Positions 53,421 through 61,702 of a stretch of DNA of 64,000 nucleotides are shown in pieces; position 1 is the first letter of the stretch, and the number at the start of each line of letters is the position of its first letter. Location: positions 10,807 to 74,806 of the forward strand of contig CANEUH010000017.1 in NCBI GenBank assembly GCA_947441615.1, given 5' to 3'. The DNA comes from Bacteriovoracaceae bacterium. Lineage in GTDB: Bacteria; Bdellovibrionota; Bacteriovoracia; Bacteriovoracales; Bacteriovoracaceae. A program made the translations under genes and the position numbers. The notes beneath the pieces were generated by a model, which made no database searches, was not told the DNA's origin, and was given only the letters and a program-made list of their open reading frames with translations.

Positions 53421-54287
53421 ATGGGGAAATGTTATCAGGATTTAATTCTTAATATCAAGAAAAAGATCGCAGAGATTCGAACCGATGTCGATGACATTAA
53501 TGGGCCTATGGAAATTTTAAACAGCACCCACATGCTGAATGAAAATTTTTTAGATGAGCTTCCAGAAATTCTTCGGGATAGACCAATGGCCCGACAAACT
53601 TTCAATGGTCAAGATTTTAGTCAATTCCCGCTCACCCTGTTGAACTACGAAGGATACAACTTAGATTTATACTTCTGGAACAAGGCCAATACTTCCATTC
53701 ATGATCATAATTTCAGTGGTGCGTTCAAGGTTATTAAAGGCATTTATTTTCAAACGACGTTCCGATTTGAAAAAATAAAAGTATACAATGACTGGTTAGC
53801 GCAAGGGGATTTGAATAAGATTAAGAGTGAAAAGCTCATCGCTGGTGATGTCATAGGTATAAAAAGGGGCAGTGATTTCATCCATGAAACCTACCATTTC
53901 CAGGGAGAATGTGTCACAGCTTGTCTTCGTTCAGAGGCAAGAACTGGACCAATTCACAGTTTCTTTCCACCCTCTCTCAGGCTAAAATCTGTACCCTTTG
54001 ATTTAAAAGAAATCAAGATGCTTGATTATATTCGTTTCCTTATGCTTACTATTGATGAAAATACAGAAACGATTCGCTCTCTCTTAAGTGATTTTAGTAA
54101 TCCTATCCTTTGCCAAATTATATTTAGTTATAATGTTCCTGAATGGCTCAAGCGGGTCGAGCTTAGAAGCATTGCAATGGAAGTATTACAAAACCGTCAT
54201 CAAAATGAGGAATGGTTTCCAGAAATAAAACGCTGCCTTGAAAGGCAAAAGATTATGAACACGAAGCTTGGTCATCTAATGACTTGA
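53421..54287 (+). CDS. cupin-fold protein, cysteine dioxygenase type I-like
   Basis: NTSIHDHNFSGAFKVIKGIY resembles the CDO motif S-x-IHDH-x-x-S-x-x-F-x-K-x-L-x-G. A later FIHETYH could supply the third His. Confidence 0.45.
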   Translation: MGKCYQDLILNIKKKIAEIRTDVDDINGPMEILNSTHMLNENFLDELPEILRDRPMARQTFNGQDFSQFPLTLLNYEGYNLDLYFWNKANTSIHDHNFSGAFKVIKGIYFQTTFRFEKIKVYNDWLAQGDLNKIKSEKLIAGDVIGIKRGSDFIHETYHFQGECVTACLRSEARTGPIHSFFPPSLRLKSVPFDLKEIKMLDYIRFLMLTIDENTETIRSLLSDFSNPILCQIIFSYNVPEWLKRVELRSIAMEVLQNRHQNEEWFPEIKRCLERQKIMNTKLGHLMT

Positions 54288-55104
54288 AAAGCGACTGCCT
54301 TTTCAAAGCACTCACTAATTTCATTTTTTTCAGACAAAAGAGAATCCATTTAACAGGGTCCCAGTTATACCATTTTCTTCCAGCGCGATAATCGTTTGGG
54401 AGCATATGATGATAATGATGGTAGCCATCCCCCATCGTTAAGATAGCAATCCATAGGGAGTTTCCTGCGGTGATATTTTTTAGCGGGCGAGATCCAAACA
54501 TATGGCAGTAAGAGTTGATGAGGAAGATGGAATGATGGAACAAGAAGATTCGAAAAAATCCAAGAAAGAAGAGACCGAAGGCAAGATTTCCAATCAGTAT
54601 CCCTAAAAAAATCGGAAGAATTAATCCCATGAGTATGGATAAAGGGATGATCCATTTATTTTGCCAATTAATCCAGTAATCACTTTCTAGGTCTTGAACA
54701 AAGCTGACGGTGGAGCTGACTTCATCAGAATGAATCGCCCAGCCTAGATGGGCATATAAAAAACCCTTACTGATCGAGTATGGATCCATTTTTTCGTCTT
54801 CCGGATAAGCATGATGATGGCGATGATCTCGTGCCCATTTAAGTGCTGAATTCATAAAAGCAGCTGGCCCTAATAAAAGGAAAAAAAATTTCAAAGAAAA
54901 TTTGGGCGTAAAAGATTTATGGGAGAAGTAGCGATGATATCCAGCACATATAGAAAAAGCGATTAGTAAATATAAAACAAGGAATGTCGTGATTTCTGTT
55001 AGGCCAATTCGAATCCCTCCTGTAAATAAAAAATATAGGCCAATGATGGACATCACAGTACTAAGGGAGAAGAAAAAAATATTTATCCTTTTAAAAGATT
55101 TCAT
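54253..55104 (-). CDS. acyl-CoA (delta-9-type) fatty acid desaturase
   Basis: Three His boxes GYHRYFSHKSF, ARDHRHHHAY and GDGYHHYHH in a 4-TM protein. Confidence 0.85.
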   Translation of the reverse strand: MKSFKRINIFFFSLSTVMSIIGLYFLFTGGIRIGLTEITTFLVLYLLIAFSICAGYHRYFSHKSFTPKFSLKFFFLLLGPAAFMNSALKWARDHRHHHAYPEDEKMDPYSISKGFLYAHLGWAIHSDEVSSTVSFVQDLESDYWINWQNKWIIPLSILMGLILPIFLGILIGNLAFGLFFLGFFRIFLFHHSIFLINSYCHMFGSRPLKNITAGNSLWIAILTMGDGYHHYHHMLPNDYRAGRKWYNWDPVKWILFCLKKMKLVSALKRQSLFKSLDDQASCS

Positions 55105-55308
55105 ACCTAGAGGAGTATCCTTGATAAGTTTTATTATAAATTATTTTGGTTCTTTTTGCAGAAAATAGGTGACTCAAGACATGTGATTTTAAAGTATGGA
55201 ATTTCTACTTACCAACCCAAGCCTTTTCCGAAAACACTCTAAAAGCCTTGTATTGACTAATGATTCCTGATATTTAAGAAGAAAAAATTGATTTAAAGAG
55301 AGCGGTTT

Positions 55309-55977
55309 ATGGCATTCATTGAAGTCACTGATCTTAAGAAGACTTACTCAAGTAATGATAACCAAGTTGAAATTTTGAAAGGCTTGAACTTGGAGATAGG
55401 AAAAGGGGAGTTTGTTTCTCTTATGGGTCCCAGTGGCGCTGGAAAGAGTACTTTCCTTCAGCTTTTGGGAGCACTAGATAGGCCCACCAGCGGAGAAATC
55501 ATTATCGACGGAAAAAAAATTGGATCAATGACTGATAAAGAACTCACCATTTTTAGAAGAAGGAATTTAGGTTTTATTTTCCAGTTCTTTAATTTAATGC
55601 CCACACTTTCTGTTCTTGAAAATGTTGTCCTCCCTTGTTTTCTTGATGGAAAAAAATTAAAAGAAGTGAGGGGAGATGCTGAAGAAATTCTTTCAAGACT
55701 TGGGCTTTCTCATCGATTAGATCACCGGCCTTATCAATTATCCGGAGGCGAAATGCAGCGAGTTGCTATCGCCAGAGCACTCATTAATAAACCTTCTCTC
55801 ATCTTGGCGGATGAGCCAACAGGGAATCTTGATAGTAAGAACGGTAAAGAGGTTCTTTCTATTTTAAAAAACCTCGTCACAGAGTTTAAAGTGACACTCA
55901 TTATGGTTACCCATGATAAATCTGCTGCAGATTATGCTGATCGCAAGATTTTCATGCAAGATGGAACCGTCATTTAA
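55309..55977 (+). CDS. ABC transporter ATP-binding protein (MacB/LolD-type)
   Basis: Walker A GPSGAGKST, Q-loop, signature LSGGEMQRVAIARAL, Walker B LILADEPTGNLD and H-loop VTHD. Confidence 0.9.
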   Translation: MAFIEVTDLKKTYSSNDNQVEILKGLNLEIGKGEFVSLMGPSGAGKSTFLQLLGALDRPTSGEIIIDGKKIGSMTDKELTIFRRRNLGFIFQFFNLMPTLSVLENVVLPCFLDGKKLKEVRGDAEEILSRLGLSHRLDHRPYQLSGGEMQRVAIARALINKPSLILADEPTGNLDSKNGKEVLSILKNLVTEFKVTLIMVTHDKSAADYADRKIFMQDGTVI

Positions 55978-55986
55978 GGGAGATCT

Positions 55987-58599
55987 ATGATTTCAAATCT
56001 TTTTCGATATTTTAGCCTTCGTTATCTTCTCATGAATCCTTTCAGGACTTTCCTGACATTTTTAGGAGTGGCATTAGGAATTTCACTTTTTTTATCCATA
56101 CTCTTATTGAATGATGCAACCCTGAGATCAATGGATGAGAACATTGAATCTATGACAGGTAAAGCTGATCTAACGATAACTTCAGATGGTATGGGGTTTG
56201 AGGATTCTGTTCTTGAAAAGGTAAAAAATATCCCACAAATAAAATCCGCCATCCCACTAATCATTAATTATGCTTACATGGAGAATGGATCTGTTGGATC
56301 TAGTGGGCCAATGATCTTTCTTGGTATTGATCTATTAAAAGATAACTCTGTACGTGAATACAATAAGGAAGGAGGGGATATTATCCCTGATCCTCTAGCG
56401 TTTCTCAATCAAGCAGACAGTATTATTGCAACAAAGTCTTGGGTAAAACGGCATCATTTAGAGATGGAAAGTTCGATTGATCTTCTGACGAAAGAGGGCC
56501 TAAAGTCATTTGCTATCAGAGGAATGATTGATGATATTGGTCCTGCGAAGGCGTTTGATGGAAATATGGCGATCATGGATATCGACGGGGCCAGGTTTAA
56601 TTTTGGCAGGGATGGTCTGTATGATCGAATTGATCTCATCCTTCAAAAAGGTGTGAGTGTTAAGATTCTTAAGAATGATCTTAAGAAGCTTTTAGGTTCA
56701 AGATTTAAAGTTGAAGATAAAAAAGAACAATCAGAATCCATGCAGCAATTGGTGAAATCAATTCAAGATGTTTCTGGAATGCTTGGCCTCATTGCCTTTC
56801 TTGTGGGATTTTTAATTATTGTCAATACTGTGAATACGGCGATTTCTCAAAGAAGAAAAGATATAGGATCCCTGAGAGCATTTGGAGCAGAGTCGGTTCA
56901 TATCATTACTCTTTTTGCCGGTGAGTTTATCTTTCTAGCACTCTGTAGCTCTCTCTTGGGTTGTTGGCTTGGATTTTTAATTGCACAAGGCTCGGCCGAT
57001 CAGGTTGCTGCCGGATTAAATTCAACGCTCTTTACGAATGTTCCAAAAATGGACATTGTTTTTGAGTCTCGGCATCTTTTTTCAGGACTCTTTTTAGGTT
57101 TATTAAGTTCTACGATTGCTCTTGTTTATCCTCTTTATAAAGCACTACAAATTCATCCGATTGAAGCCATTCGACCAACGACGGTTGATTTTGGTCTCCA
57201 TCAAAAACCGAAGGGGCTTGTGTGGGCGGGGAGAGTAGGTTTTCTACTTTTCATTTTTACAGTCATTGCTGCTTATTTTTCCAACACAGAAGAATTTCTT
57301 CAAAATAAAGAAATCCAACCATTTTTTCTTCTTACGGGCATTACGAGTATCATGTTAACGGGACCCTATTTGGTCCTAGTTGTCCTTTCAAATCTTCAAA
57401 GATTACCCCTCCCATTCCTTGTGAAGTTTTCTTTGGCCAATTTATTAAAAAATCCAGGGCGTACAGCGAGTACATCAATCCACTTGTCTCTGGGATTTAG
57501 TTTAGTCATTGTTGTTTCTGCGATAAATATTTCCTTTAAATCCACCATCATCAATTGGGCCAACATCATCACAAGCGCCCCTAATATTGTTAACCTTAGT
57601 TCTTGGGGGAGTCTCTCAGGTCTTCAGGTTCAGCCTCTTCATGAATCTTTAAAAGAAAAATTGCAGGCCCTCCCTCATCTGAATCCAGAAAATAAGTCTC
57701 CTTTAACGGGGATTAGAATCGTTCCCGTTACCATTGAAGGGAGTCGATTTATGATTAAGGCTTTTGACATGCCTGGAGGAAATGCAGAATTTCACTTTAT
57801 TGATCCCATCGAGGGGGACCGTAGAGAACTTGGTAAAAGACTATTTGATCCCCAAGTTGAAAGTGTTCTCTTCTCTGAAACAATGCTGAAGTTTTTTCGC
57901 AAGAAAGTTGGGGATACCTTTACTATGGAAACCCCGATGGGGAAGGCAACATTCGTTATCGCTGGTAACATTAGAGAGTTTGCGAGTCCCAATGGTGTTG
58001 TCTATTTTAATCGTGATGTTTATAAAAAATATTGGAAGGATCCTCTCGTCACTTTGATTTCAATTAATCACTCATCAGATATTTCAAGCCGTGACTATCA
58101 GGCACTCATTGGTCCAGAGTTAAATAAGAAAGAACATCTGATGGTTAATTTACCTTCAAAAATTAGTGAAGAGGTTGAAAAAAATCTCAATAATAATATG
58201 GCGATGTCTGATTCTACGAAGTGGATCGCACTCTTTATCGGTACTCTGGGACTTCTTAATTCATTCTTAATCAGTATTCTTCAAAGATTCAGGGAGCTAG
58301 GTTGTATTCGATCTATTGGCATGACTAAAGGTCAGCTTATTGGGATGATTCTCTTCGAATCAGTTACGTTAGGTATTACAGGAGTCATTATCGCTTTTGT
58401 TCTTACCCTGCCTATCGGTTACATTTGGGTGAATTCCACCTTAAGTCATCTTCTAGGGTGGAAGGTTCAGTTTTACTTTACGGGCATGGATTTTTTGATT
58501 CTCTTTATCGTTGGTTTAGTTGTTTCTTTTTCCGCAGGCCTATTTCCCGCTCTGAAAGCAGCTAAACTAAACTTAAGAGAAGCACTTGAGTACGAGTAA
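55987..58599 (+). CDS. ABC transporter permease with two FtsX-like domains and large periplasmic domains
   Basis: 870 aa. Two repeats of the periplasmic MacB-like domain plus the 3-TM FtsX module: ISQRRKDIGSLRAFGA... and ILQRFRELGCIRSIGMTKGQL.... Confidence 0.85.
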   Translation: MISNLFRYFSLRYLLMNPFRTFLTFLGVALGISLFLSILLLNDATLRSMDENIESMTGKADLTITSDGMGFEDSVLEKVKNIPQIKSAIPLIINYAYMENGSVGSSGPMIFLGIDLLKDNSVREYNKEGGDIIPDPLAFLNQADSIIATKSWVKRHHLEMESSIDLLTKEGLKSFAIRGMIDDIGPAKAFDGNMAIMDIDGARFNFGRDGLYDRIDLILQKGVSVKILKNDLKKLLGSRFKVEDKKEQSESMQQLVKSIQDVSGMLGLIAFLVGFLIIVNTVNTAISQRRKDIGSLRAFGAESVHIITLFAGEFIFLALCSSLLGCWLGFLIAQGSADQVAAGLNSTLFTNVPKMDIVFESRHLFSGLFLGLLSSTIALVYPLYKALQIHPIEAIRPTTVDFGLHQKPKGLVWAGRVGFLLFIFTVIAAYFSNTEEFLQNKEIQPFFLLTGITSIMLTGPYLVLVVLSNLQRLPLPFLVKFSLANLLKNPGRTASTSIHLSLGFSLVIVVSAINISFKSTIINWANIITSAPNIVNLSSWGSLSGLQVQPLHESLKEKLQALPHLNPENKSPLTGIRIVPVTIEGSRFMIKAFDMPGGNAEFHFIDPIEGDRRELGKRLFDPQVESVLFSETMLKFFRKKVGDTFTMETPMGKATFVIAGNIREFASPNGVVYFNRDVYKKYWKDPLVTLISINHSSDISSRDYQALIGPELNKKEHLMVNLPSKISEEVEKNLNNNMAMSDSTKWIALFIGTLGLLNSFLISILQRFRELGCIRSIGMTKGQLIGMILFESVTLGITGVIIAFVLTLPIGYIWVNSTLSHLLGWKVQFYFTGMDFLILFIVGLVVSFSAGLFPALKAAKLNLREALEYE

Positions 58600-59886
58600 C
58601 TAAAAGATGTAATTCGCTCCAAGGCCAATTGAGCTTAAATCCTCGAGCGCACCGAAGGGAGCATTTGAGCTACCTTTAAAGATGAGTCCATACAATTGAA
58701 AGTTAAGATTATTATTGAATTGATAGTCCACTTGCGGAGTGAAAAGATTTGAGTCTTCTTGGTGAAAGTAATTAAGCCAAGAAAACTTAAACTTAAATTG
58801 ATTCAGATCCGATGGTTCAAAATAATAAATAAAGAGATAACCTAATCTAGTTTGGAGATGCTGAGCAAGAATGAAGCGATTCAATATTTGAATTTGTTCC
58901 TGAAGCTGACTGGTTGGTTCTTTTAATTCATAATTGGGATAGTGGTGAACGACTCCTTGCAAATTAAACCGATGTGTTTCAAATAAACTAGACTCAAACC
59001 CAGCAATTAAGTCGATGCGGTTTGGGTCTTTAATATAATCTGAATCTTCAGTCTCTTCTCTTTGTGTGAATGCCCCTTCAAATCTAACAATAAAATCTTC
59101 AAAATCTTTGACTAGATTTAATCCATGCGCGTTTTGTCGAACATACTTAGGGGTAAGTTTCAACTTTAAAGGAAAAAGGCTAAATGAGTCCTGAATAAAT
59201 ACGGGAGTTTTATTAACTCCAGAAAAATACGTGTAATCAAAATCCCAACCTTGACCTGCATAACTAATCTTGGTGGCAACTTCAGGTCTCTTTGATGTTT
59301 CAGGCGAAGAAATTTGAACAAAGTCAGCAATCAATGTTTTGTTTAATAATACGTCAGTTTTGGAGTGAATCCCAACAATCCACTGCTGAAGTGACCATGG
59401 TGAAGCTCCTTCATCCGGGAGCCATTCAATCATTGTACTCGTGTGTCCGCGACGGGTCAGTTGATCATCTGTGACGAGGAGGATATTTCTCTTGCCGGTG
59501 AGAAAATCGGTAGGATTTAAGCCATCGGATTTTCCCCAGGAGGTTATGATTTGTCCTGCTTTTACATTCCAACTTCCAGAGGAAAGTGAAAGATTGAGCT
59601 CGTTTATTTCTGAAAAAAGTTCTCCTGCTTTTAAATTCTTGTGCGGTACGGATAATAAAGGAGATTGAACCTGATAAGAAATCCCTTCAAAATTAAATTT
59701 GATATTTTCATCAATCGAATTTTTAAGTTTTAAAATCCCACCGGCATTCAACTCTGAATGATTCTCAGTCAGGGCATCTAGCTTTCCTAGATAATTTCCC
59801 CAGATCTTACCACCCCAGTCTATCTTTTGATCCTGGGCCCATGAGTGACAAGGGACCAATAGAAAGAGTAATCCAAATTTAATCAT
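58600..59886 (-). CDS. hypothetical outer-membrane beta-barrel protein
   Basis: Signal peptide MIKFGLLFLLVPCHSWA. Alternating beta pattern. C-terminal beta-signal GLGANYIF. 8-nt overlap with the upstream LolA-like gene. Confidence 0.55.
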   Translation of the reverse strand: MIKFGLLFLLVPCHSWAQDQKIDWGGKIWGNYLGKLDALTENHSELNAGGILKLKNSIDENIKFNFEGISYQVQSPLLSVPHKNLKAGELFSEINELNLSLSSGSWNVKAGQIITSWGKSDGLNPTDFLTGKRNILLVTDDQLTRRGHTSTMIEWLPDEGASPWSLQQWIVGIHSKTDVLLNKTLIADFVQISSPETSKRPEVATKISYAGQGWDFDYTYFSGVNKTPVFIQDSFSLFPLKLKLTPKYVRQNAHGLNLVKDFEDFIVRFEGAFTQREETEDSDYIKDPNRIDLIAGFESSLFETHRFNLQGVVHHYPNYELKEPTSQLQEQIQILNRFILAQHLQTRLGYLFIYYFEPSDLNQFKFKFSWLNYFHQEDSNLFTPQVDYQFNNNLNFQLYGLIFKGSSNAPFGALEDLSSIGLGANYIF

Positions 59887-60682
59887 TTTTTCCTAGTCTC
59901 TGTTTAAAGAAAAGATTTTCAGGGATTTTCTTGTTTCCATCGATCTGACTAAATTCCAGGATGGTAAAGTTTCCGTTAGTAAGATTTTTCATATGAAGGT
60001 ACTGAAAGAAAAAAGTGTTTTTTGAGATATTCACAATCTTAGTGGTATTTAATTCTTTAAAAAGTTTTCCTGATTCATCAAAGTAATGAACTCGATCACT
60101 CATGAAATTGTCATTTCGAATCCATAAAAGAAGTTTCGAGTACCCTAGTCGATCAGCACTTGCAGTATTTTTTAACGTCGCAGTGATTTTGTAGCATGAT
60201 AGCTTTTTATCATTTGAAAAATTTGGACAAGCTTCTATTCCCATCTCTTTATAGAGGTAGTCCTCATTTTGAAGTGCCGTGATATCTGAAAAAGAAAAAT
60301 CAGAGGCCATGAAGCTTCCTTTTTGCTGGGAGCTTTCAATCATGCGAGTTTTTTTAAAGGTAGGAAGCCACATGAGAATTTCATTTTTATCCCCCTCTGC
60401 TTCAAGAAAGAGAATGGCCTGGTCTTTTACGGTGGCAGGGGTGTGAAATTTCGTCAGAGTATTATAGTGAATTCCATTTTTCTGAAGACTTCTCCACCAT
60501 GAAAATGTTTTTTCTTGTCTTTTTCTTGAGCCGCCATCAATAATGATTTTCCCCTCGGCCTTTAGTTGAATCATTTTTCTAGAGAATTCGTTTTTCTTCA
60601 TAATCTCAGTGGCCTTCCAATTAGGGGCCGCCAAAATACCAAAAGACAAAAGAGAAAGAGTGATGAAACCCAGGATTTTCAT
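59879..60682 (-). CDS. outer-membrane lipoprotein-sorting (LolA-like) family protein
   Basis: Signal peptide. MWLPTFKKTRMIESSQQKGSFMASDFSFSDI matches the LolA_like family core (W.Y.Pa..r.RRI....r..sFmGSDFsyeD). Confidence 0.7.
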   Translation of the reverse strand: MKILGFITLSLLSFGILAAPNWKATEIMKKNEFSRKMIQLKAEGKIIIDGGSRKRQEKTFSWWRSLQKNGIHYNTLTKFHTPATVKDQAILFLEAEGDKNEILMWLPTFKKTRMIESSQQKGSFMASDFSFSDITALQNEDYLYKEMGIEACPNFSNDKKLSCYKITATLKNTASADRLGYSKLLLWIRNDNFMSDRVHYFDESGKLFKELNTTKIVNISKNTFFFQYLHMKNLTNGNFTILEFSQIDGNKKIPENLFFKQRLGKND

Positions 60683-60712
60683 TATAAACCTACTGAAATT
60701 GTTATGCAGAAA

Positions 60713-61510
60713 TTATAACAAGATTGAAGAGGACCCTGAGAAATAAAAGGGTGAGGAAATTATGGACAGTAGGGGATGTTTTTTGTCGGGTAGTTCGTTA
60801 TTTTTCATCAAATGATTCCACGTTTTTTGGATCGTTGAATTTTGGACTTCTTCCGTGCAAGTTTGGTTACAGATTTGAACTAATAATTGGCATGTTCCAT
60901 TTCGATCTACTCGGTCCATGACTTTGTATGTTAAGCCTCGTGGCAAAAGAACTTCTTCCTCAAGTTGATTAATCAGAATCCCAGGGTGCTTACTTGAGTC
61001 GGTGTAAAGATAAAGAACCCCACTGCCTTTTACTTTTTCTGTATTTACTCCAGCAAAGGCCTCCGCTACCGCTAGTTTTACCGATGTCGAAACAAAAGCT
61101 TTATCCAGGTAGACTTCATTTTTTTCATAGCATTTATTATTCCTAAATCCAAAAGTGACACCTCTAAAAGTCATTAAATTTGATGGAAGCTTTGCTAATT
61201 TCTTTATTCCTTTATCCATGTTTGAGATCGTTTTTTTTAAATCATCTAAATCAGTAAAATAGTAAAGGTCTTCGGCCTTACCAGTCCTTAAATAGCTATT
61301 AATCTCTGGATAGATAGGATCATCATATTCGACATAACTTTGTAGTGCCCAAGCCTCTTCTTCTAAGACTTTCTTTTGGTTTTGTGCTTCGTAGATATCG
61401 CTGTAACCGACAATTGCGGAAAGCTCTTTGTAACTGTAGAAGGGAGAGTGATCGGCCAAGGCCGAAGTCATTGATAAAATAAAATTTAGAATAATAATTG
61501 TTTTTCTCAT
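60713..61510 (-). CDS. secreted ADP-ribosyltransferase, R-S-E (C3/Vip2 exoenzyme-like) class
   Basis: Signal peptide MRKTIIILNFILSMTSALA. ALQSYVEYDDPIYPEINSYLR (Y..IN..LR region), MTFRGV (Arg), FVSTSV (STS) and LEEEVLLPRG (ExE, ARTT loop). Confidence 0.65.
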   Translation of the reverse strand: MRKTIIILNFILSMTSALADHSPFYSYKELSAIVGYSDIYEAQNQKKVLEEEAWALQSYVEYDDPIYPEINSYLRTGKAEDLYYFTDLDDLKKTISNMDKGIKKLAKLPSNLMTFRGVTFGFRNNKCYEKNEVYLDKAFVSTSVKLAVAEAFAGVNTEKVKGSGVLYLYTDSSKHPGILINQLEEEVLLPRGLTYKVMDRVDRNGTCQLLVQICNQTCTEEVQNSTIQKTWNHLMKNNELPDKKHPLLSIISSPFYFSGSSSILL

Positions 61511-61702
61511 ACTGATAAGTGTATCCGGCTCCCGAGGAGTTTAGGGTCTCATTTGAAACAATTACAACTTGTGCCTAGGGTTTAAACATAGCGAATGTAC
61601 GAACTCGAAGGATGTATTATCAGGTACTTAGTAGGTGACAGATTTTGTAAACTTCCAAGATACGAACTTTATCAGGTAAGATTTCTTCCTCTGGAGAAAC
61701 AT

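Noticed and set aside
55197-55271. 24-codon ORF (MEFLLTNPSLFRKHSKSLVLTNDS) between the desaturase and the ABC transporter, considered as an alternative precursor peptide
   Set aside because: It has no RBS, no Cys/Ser/Thr-rich or repeat core, and is not coupled to any gene. It is indistinguishable from a chance ORF in AT-rich DNA.
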